Positions 9,942-21,148 of a stretch of 59,417 bases of DNA are shown one piece after another (the stretch's first letter is position 1; the number at the start of each line of letters is the position of its first letter). The position numbers and the translations under genes were made by a program. Origin of the DNA: Methanobacteriota archaeon (GTDB lineage: Archaea > Methanobacteriota > Methanobacteria > Methanobacteriales > Methanobacteriaceae); assembly GCA_023430285.1 (NCBI GenBank), contig JAEZAV010000102.1:1-59417 (forward strand), in the 5' to 3' direction. Below the pieces are notes generated by a model. It did not search any database. It had not been told where the DNA came from and saw only the letters and a program-made list of their open reading frames with translations.

Positions 9942-10592
9942 TCATCCAATTTTTTTGATCTTCTTGTTTATCACTTCTTTTAAAATAAGGGGCAATGGTG
10001 TTCTGTCCCCATACACACTGGTTTTCCCGGATAATATAGCTTCAATAATGGAATCGTATGAAAAATCAGCTTCAAATTCTGTTACACAGCTACCAATGGC
10101 ACCTATGAAATGAGCATCACTTGAACCTATTTCAGGAAGGTTTCGGCGTTCCGCAAGATTTTTTGCCTTCCAATTGGAATATCCAAATATGTAACGTGAA
10201 TTCAAGGTTTCAATGGCATCGATGTCCAGTTCTTTAACGCTATCGCATAAACCATCCCTGTAACTAACAAATGGATGTGCTGCTACTGCAATACCGCCCA
10301 GTGAACGGATTTTTTCAACTGTCTCCTCTGGAGACAAACCCTTCTCAACATCTTCTTTAATTCCAAGTGCTACAATATGGCCCTTACTTGAACTTACTTC
10401 AACTGCAGGAACTACAACAAAGTCTTCAAAATCTTTAGATTCCTCAATTGTAACCAGGGATCCTTTGATGGTGTTGTGATCTGCCACTGCAATAGCATCC
10501 AACCCAATTTTTTTTGCCCTTTTAATAATATCCCTAGGAGAAGCTGTAGAATCGCTTGAATATGTACTGTGTATATGGGGATCAAGTATCAT
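9942..10592 (-). CDS. PHP-domain phosphoesterase
   Basis: DPHIHSTYS, DHNT, AHP, GSSDAH. Confidence 0.9.
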   Translation of the reverse strand: MILDPHIHSTYSSDSTASPRDIIKRAKKIGLDAIAVADHNTIKGSLVTIEESKDFEDFVVVPAVEVSSSKGHIVALGIKEDVEKGLSPEETVEKIRSLGGIAVAAHPFVSYRDGLCDSVKELDIDAIETLNSRYIFGYSNWKAKNLAERRNLPEIGSSDAHFIGAIGSCVTEFEADFSYDSIIEAILSGKTSVYGDRTPLPLILKEVINKKIKKIG

Positions 10593-10623
10593 GTTTAAAC
10601 CTGTTATTTTTTTCCTTAGACTA

Positions 10624-11643
10624 TTATTTCCTAATGATTGATTTAATAAGACCCACAGGGCCAGTCATCATCACATCACCTGCAGGAGCTGCGTTGTGAA
10701 CCTTTAAATCAGTTTTTTTCAACAACTCTCTCAATGGTCCTGTAGCAACAATGCACTCGCATTTACTCATGGGACCTGTGACCCATGCTCCATGACCGCC
10801 ATCATCATGAACTTCTTCATGGGTTATGGTGCCCTTCTCAAGTTTTATCACCAAACTTTTAAGTTTGTCTGGTGTAAGGGCCCTTGTGTGGTGTTCAAAA
10901 ACACCGATTATTTTTCCTTTTTCACAGGCCGCTGCCAATGTATGGCCATTACCAATATCCATGACAATGTAACTTTCAAGATCCTTTACATAATCATCAC
11001 AAGTAGCACCGCACACTGATGCAAATTTAGAGTCCATTAGGGTTGGTTCATATCCTTTTAAAGATTTTACTACCGCATTCATTCTTGAGAAATATTCTGG
11101 AACATCCCCATGGTAAGCAAATTTTTCAGGACTTCGGGGAACATTCAGTTTTTCTTTGATCTTCATGAATCTGAAGTTTCTATCCCCCATTCCCGCCATG
11201 TATCCATGATCCTGGACAGCAATTCCCAACTCATCAAAGTCCATTTCAACGTCGAACTGGGAGAATGCTTCTTCTATTGCATCTAGATCTATATCCTTAA
11301 GTTCAACAGAGCCCAGTTCAGGATGTTTTTCATTGTCAGGTATTATGGTTATTCCAAATTGTTTCACCCGATCTAGATCGTCCCTAACAGTTATTGCCGC
11401 ACTTTCTGTCATTATTACTTTGTAACCGCGATCCAAGTGATTTTTTATGGCCTTGTTGATTGGGCCTCCTCCCATGGTACTTCCCTTGATAAAAATATCG
11501 TTGTGATGGTTTCTTATTTTCTCTGCAATTATCCGGGTTGGAGATGGCATTACCATTTTAAACGAATTTTCTATTGTATCTTCTGAGTCGTACAACATAA
11601 TATCCTGGGTGCCTACACCTATATCCACTGCCAATATCTTCAT
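10624..11643 (-). CDS. DUF1786-family protein (ASKHA/actin-like fold)
   Basis: ILAVDIGVGTQD, AVQDHG, DIGNGHT, EHHT, GDVMMTG. Confidence 0.75.
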   Translation of the reverse strand: MKILAVDIGVGTQDIMLYDSEDTIENSFKMVMPSPTRIIAEKIRNHHNDIFIKGSTMGGGPINKAIKNHLDRGYKVIMTESAAITVRDDLDRVKQFGITIIPDNEKHPELGSVELKDIDLDAIEEAFSQFDVEMDFDELGIAVQDHGYMAGMGDRNFRFMKIKEKLNVPRSPEKFAYHGDVPEYFSRMNAVVKSLKGYEPTLMDSKFASVCGATCDDYVKDLESYIVMDIGNGHTLAAACEKGKIIGVFEHHTRALTPDKLKSLVIKLEKGTITHEEVHDDGGHGAWVTGPMSKCECIVATGPLRELLKKTDLKVHNAAPAGDVMMTGPVGLIKSIIRK

Positions 11644-11691
11644 GCTCCTATACTTTGTTACAGATCATATATTAAATTATCAAAAGGGCTA

Positions 11692-11707
11692 TGTACAGAT
11701 GTGTACA
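11692..11707. promoter_or_regulatory. TrpY operator: two TRP boxes TGTACA-N4-TGTACA
   Basis: TGTACA at 11692-11697 and 11702-11707, just upstream of TATA-like TTTAAGTA and trpB2. Matches the Methanothermobacter TrpY box consensus and spacing. Confidence 0.75.
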
Positions 11708-11843
11708 ACAAAGATTTAAGTAGGGCATAAAATATAAATTATTCAACTGATTTCAGGCGACAATTCTATTAGAGAAATCTGATATTTTTGATTTACTTAT
11801 GAATTACGTCTTTAAATTCAAAAAAAATATAATAGGTGGTTAA

Positions 11844-13136
11844 ATGTATAAAATAACTCTTTCAGAAAAGGAAACACCGAAAAAATGGTACAATATTGCT
11901 GCAGATCTTCCTGTGGAACTTCCCCCATCAACCCAAACCGAGGAAGGCCATCAAATTGATAATTTGCCTAAATTATTTTCTAAGTATGTTCTTCAACAGG
12001 AAATGTCCACAGAAAGATGGATAGACATTCCAAAAGAAGTTAGAAAGGTTTACAAACAGATTGGAAGACCTTCTGCCCTCTTCAGAGCTACAGGACTCGA
12101 AAAATACCTAGATACTCCTGCAAAAATTTACTACAAACGTGAAGATCAGTCCCCAGTGGGCAGTCACAAACTCAACACAGCAATTGCACAGGCATACTAC
12201 GCTAAAAAAGCAGGTGCTGAAAGATTAACCACCGAAACTGGTGCAGGACAATGGGGTTCAGCATTATCCCTGGCATGTTCATTGTTAGGATTGGATTGTA
12301 CAGTCTACATGGTAAACGTTTCATTCAAACAAAAACCATACCGTAAAACTGTAATGCACTTATACGATGGTGAAGTACTTCCATCCCCAAGTGACAGAAC
12401 AGAATTCGGAAGAAAAATTCTAGCAGAAGATCCAAACCATCCAGGATCTCTTGGAATAGCAATTTCAGAAGCTATGGAAGATGCCTTCAACGATGACAGT
12501 GCATTTTATACTCTCGGCAGTGTTTTAAACCATGTTCTGCTCCATCAGACAGTGATTGGTCTTGAAGCTCAGAAACAGTTCGCAAAAATTGATGAAACAC
12601 CAGACATCCTAGTTGGATGTGTTGGAGGAGGAAGTAACTTTGGTGGAGCTGCTTTCCCATTCATGAAAGATAAACTCTCTGGAGATCTGGACTGCCAGTT
12701 CCTAGCTGCAGAACCTGCATCCTGTCCAACCTTAACACAGGGAGAGTACAAATACGATTACGGTGACACTGCAGGATTAACCCCACTCATGAAGATGTAC
12801 ACATTGGGCCACGAATTTGTCCCACCATCAGTACATGCAGGAGGATTGAGATACCACGGAATGGCACCTTTAGTGGCATTACTGGTTAATCAGGGACTTG
12901 TGGAAGGAAGAACTGTAAACCAGACAGAATTGTTCCAGGCAGGCAAACTATTTGCTAACACAGAAGGAGTCATACCTGCTCCTGAAACCTGTCACGCCAT
13001 AAAAGTGGCAATAGATGAAGCAAATAAATGTAAAAAGACTGGAGAAGAAAAGAATATCATGATCACCTTTTCTGGCCATGGTCTATTGGATCTTCAGGGA
13101 TACGACGACTTCATTGAGGGACACTTAACACAGTAA
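11844..13136 (+). CDS. trpB2: TrpB2 (tryptophan synthase beta chain 2 / PLP enzyme)
   Basis: GSHKLNTA (PLP lysine), [31 protein letters not shown]. Stand-alone gene with the long N-terminus of TrpB2. Confidence 0.9.
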   Translation: MYKITLSEKETPKKWYNIAADLPVELPPSTQTEEGHQIDNLPKLFSKYVLQQEMSTERWIDIPKEVRKVYKQIGRPSALFRATGLEKYLDTPAKIYYKREDQSPVGSHKLNTAIAQAYYAKKAGAERLTTETGAGQWGSALSLACSLLGLDCTVYMVNVSFKQKPYRKTVMHLYDGEVLPSPSDRTEFGRKILAEDPNHPGSLGIAISEAMEDAFNDDSAFYTLGSVLNHVLLHQTVIGLEAQKQFAKIDETPDILVGCVGGGSNFGGAAFPFMKDKLSGDLDCQFLAAEPASCPTLTQGEYKYDYGDTAGLTPLMKMYTLGHEFVPPSVHAGGLRYHGMAPLVALLVNQGLVEGRTVNQTELFQAGKLFANTEGVIPAPETCHAIKVAIDEANKCKKTGEEKNIMITFSGHGLLDLQGYDDFIEGHLTQ

Positions 13137-13320
13137 AATCCCCTCTACTCTTTTTTTTAAAATTAACAAACTACTCATTTCTTTAAGATCATATTCATAA
13201 TATAATTCCGAATATTAGAAACTGTTTTATCGAAACTTAATGTTCGACATATAAATTTGAAATATTTATTTATAGGATTCGATCTATAAAATTAATAGAT
13301 AAAGATGGAGGATAATTAGT

Positions 13321-14541
13321 ATGTATCAAATAGGGGAAGCCTTAATAGGAAATGGCAATGAAATAGCTCACGTTGATTTAGTAATCGGAGACAAAAACGG
13401 ACCTGTTGGAACATCATTTGTTAACAACATGGCCAGTATGTCAATAGGACACACACCACTCTTATCTGTTATTAGACCAAACTTACTCACTAAACCTGCA
13501 ACACTGATAGTTCCAAAGGTAACTGTAAGGGACTTAGAAGATGCTGACAAGATTTTTGGTCCTGCACAGACAGCTGTGGGTCGTGCAGTTGCAGATGCAG
13601 TTGACGAAGGAATAATACCAAAGGAAGATGTGGAAGACATAGTCATAATAGCAAATGTGTTTATTCATCCTGGTGCAAAGGATTTCCGTAAAATTTACCA
13701 GTATAACTATGGAGCTACAAAATTGGCAATTCAAAGGGCAATGGAAGGATATCCATCAGTTAAAAAAGTTTTAGCAGAGAAAGATCGTGGAACTCACCCA
13801 ATAATGGGATTCAAAGTCACAAGACTGTGGAGCCCACCTTATCTCCAGGTTGCATTGGACCTTGACAACATGGAAGAAATGGAAAGAATTATCAAAACCC
13901 TTCCTAACAGGGAAAGAATTCTGATAGAAGCAGGAACTCCACTTGTTAAGAAGTTCGGTGTTGGAATCATAGGTAAGATAAGGGAACTTAAGAACGACGC
14001 ATTCATTATAGCAGATCTTAAAACATTAGATGTGGGCCGTATTGAAGTTAAAATGGCTGCAGATGAAACAGCAGATGCAATTGCAATATCCGGACTTGGA
14101 ACTGTTGAATCAATTGAAAAAGCTATACACGAAGCCCAAAAACAGGGAATTTATTCCATACTCGACATGATGAACGTGGAAAACTTCGTTGAAAAACTTG
14201 AAGCTGTCCAGTACAAACCAGACATCGTTCTTCTACACAGAAATGTTGATCTTGAAACTATGCAGGCAGAGAGGGGAGAAGAATTAGCTGAAGTTACAGA
14301 ATGGGGTAACATCAACCAGATCAAATCCATACTCGGCGAAGGTAAACTAGTTGCAGTGGCTGGTGGAATTACACCTGATCGTGTTGACAAGGCAATTGAC
14401 AGCAACGCAGATATAATAGTCGTTGGAAGGTACATAATAGGTTCCAGAGATGTTAGACGTTCTGCTCAAGACTTCCTTGACCGCATGCCTCAGGATCCAG
14501 ATACAATGAGACTTGCAATGGACGAAGACGAATCGATCTAG
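13321..14541 (+). CDS. fae-hps: Bifunctional formaldehyde-activating enzyme / 3-hexulose-6-phosphate synthase
   Basis: N-terminal Fae (IGEALIG..EIAHVDL, GPAQ) fused to HPS ([25 protein letters not shown]). Confidence 0.95.
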   Translation: MYQIGEALIGNGNEIAHVDLVIGDKNGPVGTSFVNNMASMSIGHTPLLSVIRPNLLTKPATLIVPKVTVRDLEDADKIFGPAQTAVGRAVADAVDEGIIPKEDVEDIVIIANVFIHPGAKDFRKIYQYNYGATKLAIQRAMEGYPSVKKVLAEKDRGTHPIMGFKVTRLWSPPYLQVALDLDNMEEMERIIKTLPNRERILIEAGTPLVKKFGVGIIGKIRELKNDAFIIADLKTLDVGRIEVKMAADETADAIAISGLGTVESIEKAIHEAQKQGIYSILDMMNVENFVEKLEAVQYKPDIVLLHRNVDLETMQAERGEELAEVTEWGNINQIKSILGEGKLVAVAGGITPDRVDKAIDSNADIIVVGRYIIGSRDVRRSAQDFLDRMPQDPDTMRLAMDEDESI

Positions 14542-14891
14542 ATTGATCGAACTTTTTTTTCTTTTTTTATTTTTAAAATTTAAACGGATTATTTAATAGA
14601 ATTTATGATCGATGTCTTTAACTAATTATAATTGGTATCTGATCTGGTATGCCATAGAAAGTTATACTGAATTTTTAAGGGACATATTCAGTAACAAAAA
14701 CTCAGATGAATATCAACTCCTTTAAAACATTTAACATAACAAAGGATTGCTTTTAATAAAACTAACAATATTTTAGAGGATTATGAACCACGACCATAAC
14801 TGCCATTTTGTTCAAATTGCTGAAGAAATACTCGATTATTAGATCAACTTGAAATATTATTACAAAATCAATGAATTTTGGGCAAATAGTA

Positions 14892-14919
14892 ATAATATAA
14901 ATTTGATAGAAAGTATTAA
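14892..14919. promoter_or_regulatory. Putative NikR-type dyad
   Basis: ATAATAT-N14-GTATTAA upstream of the 74-aa ORF. Confidence 0.45.
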
Positions 14920-15075
14920 ATAATTTCGAAATAGAATTTATAATAAAACCATTTAACAGTTGAGAGATGAGGTATGATCCATTAAAAGGTTTTTTAATGT
15001 CGTTAATTATCTCGATCTTAAACAGATTTTAGAACACTGGTTTTTGATCTCCAATGATCATAAAAATTATGGGGG

Positions 15076-15300
15076 ATGAATATGGATGAACTGAATTTAG
15101 ATTTGGACTATGTTTTTAATGAATTAAAGAAATTAAAATTAGAGAAGAATCAAAATATCGTTTGGAAACGTTTCCCATACAGTGAAAATAACCTAAAAAT
15201 CGTTGAATCCGCAATTAACATTATTTCTTACAGAAAAAACGAGTACAGAATATCTTATGATGAAAATGAAATATTCGTTGAAAAAGATGTTTGGTCTTAA
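15076..15300 (+). CDS. Small hypothetical protein (74 aa)
   Basis: ORF preceded by GGGGGA RBS-like sequence; no recognisable family. Confidence 0.55.
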   Translation: MNMDELNLDLDYVFNELKKLKLEKNQNIVWKRFPYSENNLKIVESAINIISYRKNEYRISYDENEIFVEKDVWS

Positions 15301-15444
15301 ACATACTTTTTGAAAACTCAATGCGATATTTCTTAATTATTTTATATCAGTAAGGAAACAAGAAACTTTCTTAAACATTAAATTTAACAAAATCAAAAAA
15401 AATATCAATATAGTAATAAATTTAACAGGGAAAAGATTAAAATA

Positions 15445-15472
15445 GTAATACTTACCCATAAATATATATTAT
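15445..15472. promoter_or_regulatory. Putative NikR-type dyad over the nikM promoter
   Basis: GTAATAC-N14-ATATTAT overlapping an AT-rich TATA-like tract. Extra GTATTAC half-sites at 15526 and 15558. Confidence 0.55.
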
Positions 15473-15610
15473 ATTAATCAAAAGCATTTATTGTGATTTA
15501 AAGGCGTTAAAGCAAATTTACAGAGGTATTACGATTCTTTATAAAAATTGGAGCATAGTATTACCATTAAGAATTACTCTTTAACGTAGTAAAAATTAAG
15601 GAGGAATTAA

Positions 15611-16285
15611 ATGCATATACCTGACGGATTTATACCATTGTGGCAATGTGCTATTTACTACGTAATATTGATAGTAGCATTGTACTTCTCCCTTAACTGG
15701 GCACGAAAGAATCTTGATGAAAAAATGGTTCCTTTGATGGCAGTTTTAGCTGCAGGTATATTCGCTATCATGTCCATGAACATGCCAATACCATTTGGTA
15801 CAAGTGGACATATGGTGGGCGGAGCCTTAGTAGCTATTGTATTCTGTGCCCCAGAGGCGGCTGTAATCGTATTCACATTAGTATTATTAGTACAAGGCCT
15901 GTTCTTTGGAGACGGCGGAATAACTGCTTTGGGAGCGAATGTACTTAACATGGGAATAATTGGAGGTTTCACAGGACTTTACGTATTTAAAGCTCTTAGA
16001 AAACCTATTGGAAAATACCCTGCAATTGCAATTGCATCATGGTTAGCCATATTCTTAGCTGCAGAAGCAGTTGCAATAGAAATGTGGTTGGCTGGAACAT
16101 TCCCACTTGGACAAGGATTATTCTTCATGGGATTATACCATGCATTCATAGGAATAATTGAAGCTGTATTAACTGTGGTAGTAATAATGGCTATAGAAAA
16201 AGTAAGACCTGATTTACTGGCATGGAACCGGAAAAGGAATACAGAAGAAATAAAAACTGAAGCAGGTGAGGTGGCATCAAAATGA
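15611..16285 (+). CDS. nikM: ECF-type nickel transporter substrate component NikM (CbiM family)
   Basis: N-terminal MHIPDGF (NikM-type; CbiM usually has MHIMEG), [17 protein letters not shown]. Confidence 0.85.
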   Translation: MHIPDGFIPLWQCAIYYVILIVALYFSLNWARKNLDEKMVPLMAVLAAGIFAIMSMNMPIPFGTSGHMVGGALVAIVFCAPEAAVIVFTLVLLVQGLFFGDGGITALGANVLNMGIIGGFTGLYVFKALRKPIGKYPAIAIASWLAIFLAAEAVAIEMWLAGTFPLGQGLFFMGLYHAFIGIIEAVLTVVVIMAIEKVRPDLLAWNRKRNTEEIKTEAGEVASK

Positions 16286-16572
16286 ATCAAAAAGATAAAA
16301 AATTCATCATTGGTGGAGTAATTGTCTGTTTGATAATCGCAGTATTATCCCCCTTTTTGGCATCATCCGATCCAGACGGTTTGGAAAAATCAGCAGAAAA
16401 TTTAGCAGTTGAAGATAATGGTCTTGGTTACGAACCACCATTCCCAGATTACACTGCTTTTGGAGATAGCCCACTATCTGAAATTGTAGCATTGGCAATA
16501 GGTATACTTATTGCATTAGGCTTAGGTTACGGAGTGGCATCTCTAATTAAACGGAGAAAACCAGCTGAATAA
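16282..16572 (+). CDS. nikN: NikN (PDGLE domain) transporter component
   Basis: ASSDPDGLE and PFPDY motifs between two TM helices; ATGA overlap with nikM. Confidence 0.85.
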   Translation: MNQKDKKFIIGGVIVCLIIAVLSPFLASSDPDGLEKSAENLAVEDNGLGYEPPFPDYTAFGDSPLSEIVALAIGILIALGLGYGVASLIKRRKPAE

Positions 16573-16602
16573 GTTATTCAGCTGCCTTTTTTTATTTTTT
16601 TT
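16562..16602 (+). terminator. Hairpin plus T-tract terminator after nikN
   Basis: Perfect 11-bp inverted repeat CAGCTGAATAA-G-TTATTCAGCTG followed by T runs. Confidence 0.65.
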
Positions 16603-16800
16603 GAATTATATTCTATAAATAGCACTTATTTAAAATTAAGTTTAATGATAATATCTGATTATTGTAAAAAAAGTCATTTGAATCTTGTAACACATATAAT
16701 GCCTAATTTTTGGATTTTTAATTATTAAAACCCAAATATAATATTCATTTCCAACCTTAGCCATATTTTTATTACTTATTTGGCCATTTTTTCAGCAATA

Positions 16801-16828
16801 GTAATACATAGAGTTAAACTTATATTAA
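16801..16828. promoter_or_regulatory. Putative NikR-type dyad upstream of nikQO
   Basis: GTAATAC-N14-ATATTAA. Confidence 0.55.
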
Positions 16829-16985
16829 TGATAGGTAATTAATTATATACTACAACACGTGTTAAAAGACTTATAAGTTAATAATTCTGCCTTGAATTCC
16901 TTTGAAATTGTAATAATAAATTATTGTTAATTGGATATACTAAAACTTATAATATTGAAAAATCCAGAGATTAGGAGTCGATTTT

Positions 16986-17819
16986 ATGGATGGAATAAGT
17001 TCAATTCGAGCACTTGAAAATGAAACAAACAGAAAAAGTCCCCTACATTTAATCGATGGCAGAATCAAGTTAATCATGTTAATATTTATCATTGTGTATG
17101 CAGTTTTTTCTACCCAAATCATAGTTTTGATCTTCTTAGAAATCTATTTATTAATTTTGATGTACGTCTCTAAACTTTCTTTTAAGACGTCATTCCTAAG
17201 AGTCTTATTGCTTCTACCATTTGGTGGATTTATTATTGCATTTCAGCCTTTTATCCATCCTGGTACGGTGCTTTGGTCTGGTGCCTTTGGATTACAAATT
17301 ACAACGGAAGGTTTACTTTGGGGTGCACTCCTCATGTCAAGGCTAATCGTGGCATTAACTTCCATTGTGATATTATCCTCAATCAGTCCAATGCAGGAAG
17401 TGGTAGAATCCTTTAGAAAATTAGGAATGCCCCGTGAATTTGCTTTAATATTCAGTCTTATGATAAGATTTTTATTCATGTTCTTCGATGAGCTCAGCAG
17501 AATAATGCAAGCACAGAAAACCCGATGTTTCGATGCTTTTAATAAAAAACTAGCATATACGTGGAGAATGAAACAATTGGGTTATACCGTTGCAATGATG
17601 TTTCTTAGAGCCTTTGAAAGAGGGGAAACCGTTTACTTGAGTATGGCAAGTCGAGGATATTCTGATAAATCTAGCCTATATCATAATAAAGATAGAAAAA
17701 TGGGAACAAACGATTATATCCTTATCACAACCACAATTTCAATGGTTATCTGCCTACAAGTTTTAGCTATGTCGGTATTTACCAATTTTGGTATATGGGG
17801 AATGTATATCATAAAATAA
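16986..17819 (+). CDS. nikQ: ECF transporter T component NikQ/CbiQ
   Basis: [16 protein letters not shown] and [17 protein letters not shown] motifs; multiple TM helices. Confidence 0.85.
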   Translation: MDGISSIRALENETNRKSPLHLIDGRIKLIMLIFIIVYAVFSTQIIVLIFLEIYLLILMYVSKLSFKTSFLRVLLLLPFGGFIIAFQPFIHPGTVLWSGAFGLQITTEGLLWGALLMSRLIVALTSIVILSSISPMQEVVESFRKLGMPREFALIFSLMIRFLFMFFDELSRIMQAQKTRCFDAFNKKLAYTWRMKQLGYTVAMMFLRAFERGETVYLSMASRGYSDKSSLYHNKDRKMGTNDYILITTTISMVICLQVLAMSVFTNFGIWGMYIIK

Positions 17820-17832
17820 ATGGAGAAGTTTT

Positions 17833-18807
17833 ATGGCCAAATCTATAATAAAAACTGAAAACATGGGATATGAATATCCTGATGGAACAGTAGCCCTTAA
17901 AGACATCAACATTGAAATCTCAGCAGGTGAAAGGATAGCCATAGTTGGATCAAATGGTGCAGGCAAATCCACACTATTTTCACATTTTAATGGTATTAGT
18001 GAACCCACAACAGGGCTGATCAAAATTGATGGTGAGCCTGTAGTCTATAAAAAAAAGGAACTCTTAAAGATTAGACAAAAGGTGGGAATTGTATTTCAGA
18101 ACCCTGATGATCAACTTTTTGCACCCACAGTAATAGAAGATGTTGCATTTGGACCTATGAATCTAGGATTTTCAGATGAAGAAGTTGAAAAAAGGGTTGC
18201 AGAAGCTTTAAGATTAGTAAGGATGACAGGACAAGAAAAAAAAGCCCCACATCACTTAAGCGGAGGCCAAAAGAAAAGGGTGGCCATTGCAGGAATACTT
18301 GCTATGAGACCTGAGATCATGGTTTTAGACGAACCAACCACAGGTTTAGATCCCAAAGGTGTGGATGAAGTCATGGAAATACTTCAAATGCTAAATAAAG
18401 AGGACATGAGCATAATTATAGCGTCACATGATGTTGAGATGGTAAGTGAATTTGCAGATAGAATATTTGTGCTGCATTCTGGAGAAATCATTGGGCAGGG
18501 CACTACTGAAGAAATTTTTAATGATCCTGTAACTCTGAAAAAAGCACATCTTAAACCTCCTAAAGCAGCTGAACTATTAAATTTACTTAAAGAAGGTGGA
18601 ATTCCCGTAAACATACAACTTACTGTTTCAGGTGCTTATCATGAAATTTTGCATGTTTTAGGGGTTAAATCATATCATAATTTGTTACACGTAGTAAAAA
18701 ATGATCTGCATCATAAACTCCTACACAATTTAGGAGAAACCAAATATCATGAAATGTTACACATTATCGAGGAAAACCAGCATAGGTTTGAATTAAATGA
18801 GGAATAA
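17833..18807 (+). CDS. nikO: ECF transporter ATPase NikO/CbiO with His-rich C-terminal extension
   Basis: [30 protein letters not shown]. Confidence 0.85.
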   Translation: MAKSIIKTENMGYEYPDGTVALKDINIEISAGERIAIVGSNGAGKSTLFSHFNGISEPTTGLIKIDGEPVVYKKKELLKIRQKVGIVFQNPDDQLFAPTVIEDVAFGPMNLGFSDEEVEKRVAEALRLVRMTGQEKKAPHHLSGGQKKRVAIAGILAMRPEIMVLDEPTTGLDPKGVDEVMEILQMLNKEDMSIIIASHDVEMVSEFADRIFVLHSGEIIGQGTTEEIFNDPVTLKKAHLKPPKAAELLNLLKEGGIPVNIQLTVSGAYHEILHVLGVKSYHNLLHVVKNDLHHKLLHNLGETKYHEMLHIIEENQHRFELNEE

Positions 18808-20142
18808 TAACGCCTCCAAGGAAAATTTCAAGAATTGTTTTGAATAATCAATTGATAAAAGATTTGTGTTAATTAAAGAAACGAACATAATTTTTCGTGA
18901 CAACAGTCAAAAGATAGTTACATATTTTTAATTCCATTAATGTATTTGATCTAAATTAGTACTCATTTTCAAATTGGTATTTTTGCATAAAAATGGTAAA
19001 GATTATCTCATTACCAACATACCTAAATTATGAATGTATGCAACACTATTCAAGTAGTAGGGCTATGATTAAAACATATTTTACACAACTATTAAAAATT
19101 CAAGATCTTCAAGCATAACGTACATAATATAAGTAGTTATAGATTCATGGCACACTGAAAAACTATGAAGAAGAGTTATTATATTAAATTGAACCCAAAA
19201 ATATCCTTATAAAACCCATAATTTCCTAAATTAAATATCAAATATGCTAATGACTCAAATAAACAATTCTCACAAAGAACAGACTATTCCCTATCGAATT
19301 CTAAATATTTTTCTGTTTTTACTTTGATTAATGAAAGATATTCCCAATAAAACACTATGCTACCAAAGAGACATTTATTGTGAAAATCCAATGCCAATCA
19401 AATGTAATAAAAACCCCGATATTGAAGACCTAATACATTAAAAATTACAATTTCTACTCCAAAAGCCTCCAAATAAAATAAGGCCGAATTTAATATGTAA
19501 GTATATTTTTACCCTATTTTCTCTTATAATTTGGCCATAATTGGCCTGCAATGATTAAAAATAGAAAATCAATATTTAAAATCATGTTTTTAATTCCAAA
19601 TGACTTGTATTGATTCTAATTCCAGAATCAATTGAACTTCATAGCAATTAATATGTTCTTAAAAACAAGCAATATCGTTTCTCATTTCCAACACTTAAGA
19701 ACGTAGTTCAACCCATATCTTGAAAATATAGATGATATTTTAAATTAACTTACATCCTATTAAATCTAAATCATATTGGTTAAAATTTGGTAAGTATTGA
19801 TAAATTTAAACGAGGAGGTTGTTGGGCATCAAATTTAATTATTTGACACCCAACAATGTGGCTAGAAATATTTATTTGACTTGTTTTTGATGCGTATATC
19901 ATACAAAAATATCCTATTCCACCATACAAGTAATAATGCCTAATATTTACTTGTACAACAGACTATTTAGACCTCCCACCTTATAATACTATTTATTTTG
20001 ATTTTAGTATTACTTATGATGAAAATTCACGCCTATTGTAATAACCAACTGTATAAAAATTTAAGAAAAAATATATTACTGCAGCATACGTGATAAACAC
20101 TAAATCCCACATACAATAACGTACTATAGTGCTGTTATCTAA

Positions 20143-20946
20143 CTAAATGACCTTCCGAATCAATACAGATGTATTGTTCACATCCCCCGAAGGAATAATC
20201 ATCACTTCTTTATGGAACCCCCGGACTGCCTTTTCAGTAACTGGAGAATATAAAATGGCCCTCATACCCGTATATGTTCTATAAATAATTGGTACGGATG
20301 TGTCCACCTCTCCCCATAGATTTGAAAAAACTCTTTCCTTGGGTTCTGCCAGGGCAGCAACCATTATCACTGTGAAGTTACATGAAGTTATAGATGTTTC
20401 ATCCCCCACCACTACCTGAATTTGAGAATCTAAACCGAGTTTTTTAATTACGTTACGAGATACCTCTGCAACTTCAGGATTTACTTCCACACTTATACAT
20501 TTTGAATTAAAAAGTTTATTTAAAAGGATCGCTGTTAAGGGAAGGGGCCCTCCACCGATAAATACTACATTCTGTTCAGGAGAAAATTTCACTAGTTTAT
20601 TTTCATTTTTTATCAACCCAATGTAACGTTCATAGAAATGAAAAGATTTTAGAGTGGACCATGGATCTTCAGATTCTAAAATTGCATTAGCATTTTCATT
20701 TTCTAATCTAGAGCCAATATTGACATAAAATTTTCTTATAAATTTGAGGGCTTTATTCATCCGCTCATCATCTAGAATATGTTTTGCAGAATCAAAATCA
20801 ATTATATTATCATGAGCAATCTCTTCCACTGAATCCAAAATTGGTATAATTTCAGATAAAGGCAATTCATTTAGTTCATAATCCCCATATTCTTCAAGAG
20901 AATCTGCAATTGATATAATTTTATCCCAATATTTGTAACAGCTCAT
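20143..20946 (-). CDS. Nicotianamine synthase-like (thermonicotianamine synthase homologue)
   Basis: MSCYKYWDKI, EEIAHD, FIGGGPLPLT, AALAEPK, YRTYTGMRAILY, VNNTSV. Closely resembles the Methanothermobacter NAS enzyme as I recall it. Confidence 0.85.
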   Translation of the reverse strand: MSCYKYWDKIISIADSLEEYGDYELNELPLSEIIPILDSVEEIAHDNIIDFDSAKHILDDERMNKALKFIRKFYVNIGSRLENENANAILESEDPWSTLKSFHFYERYIGLIKNENKLVKFSPEQNVVFIGGGPLPLTAILLNKLFNSKCISVEVNPEVAEVSRNVIKKLGLDSQIQVVVGDETSITSCNFTVIMVAALAEPKERVFSNLWGEVDTSVPIIYRTYTGMRAILYSPVTEKAVRGFHKEVMIIPSGDVNNTSVLIRKVI

Positions 20947-21072
20947 TTATTATCTCCCTAATTTTTACGTACTACAAATCCAGTATTATATTGTTAGTTT
21001 TATCTAAACTTTTTTTTCTCAAATCTAAGTAGGAAATTTTATATAGTGATTCTAATTCTTAATTATATAATC

Positions 21073-21100
21073 ATAATATAAAACTTATGTAAAGTATTAC
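21073..21100. promoter_or_regulatory. Putative NikR-type dyad in the divergent NAS/GNAT promoter region
   Basis: ATAATAT-N14-GTATTAC. Further half-sites at 20969 (GTACTAC), 20983 (GTATTAT) and 21126 (GTAATAC). Confidence 0.55.
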
Positions 21101-21148
21101 TAATTGCATTGGTTGGGCATTAATCGTAATACAATGAAGAGGGTTAAT

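Noticed and set aside
16871..16884. TTATAAG-TTAATAA upstream of nikQ as a fifth heptad array
   Set aside because: Only one good unit, which is expected by chance in AT-rich DNA.
15611..18807. Cobalt-specific CbiMNQO
   Set aside because: The MHIPDG N-terminus, a PDGLE-type partner and the genomic context point to the nickel (Nik) subtype.
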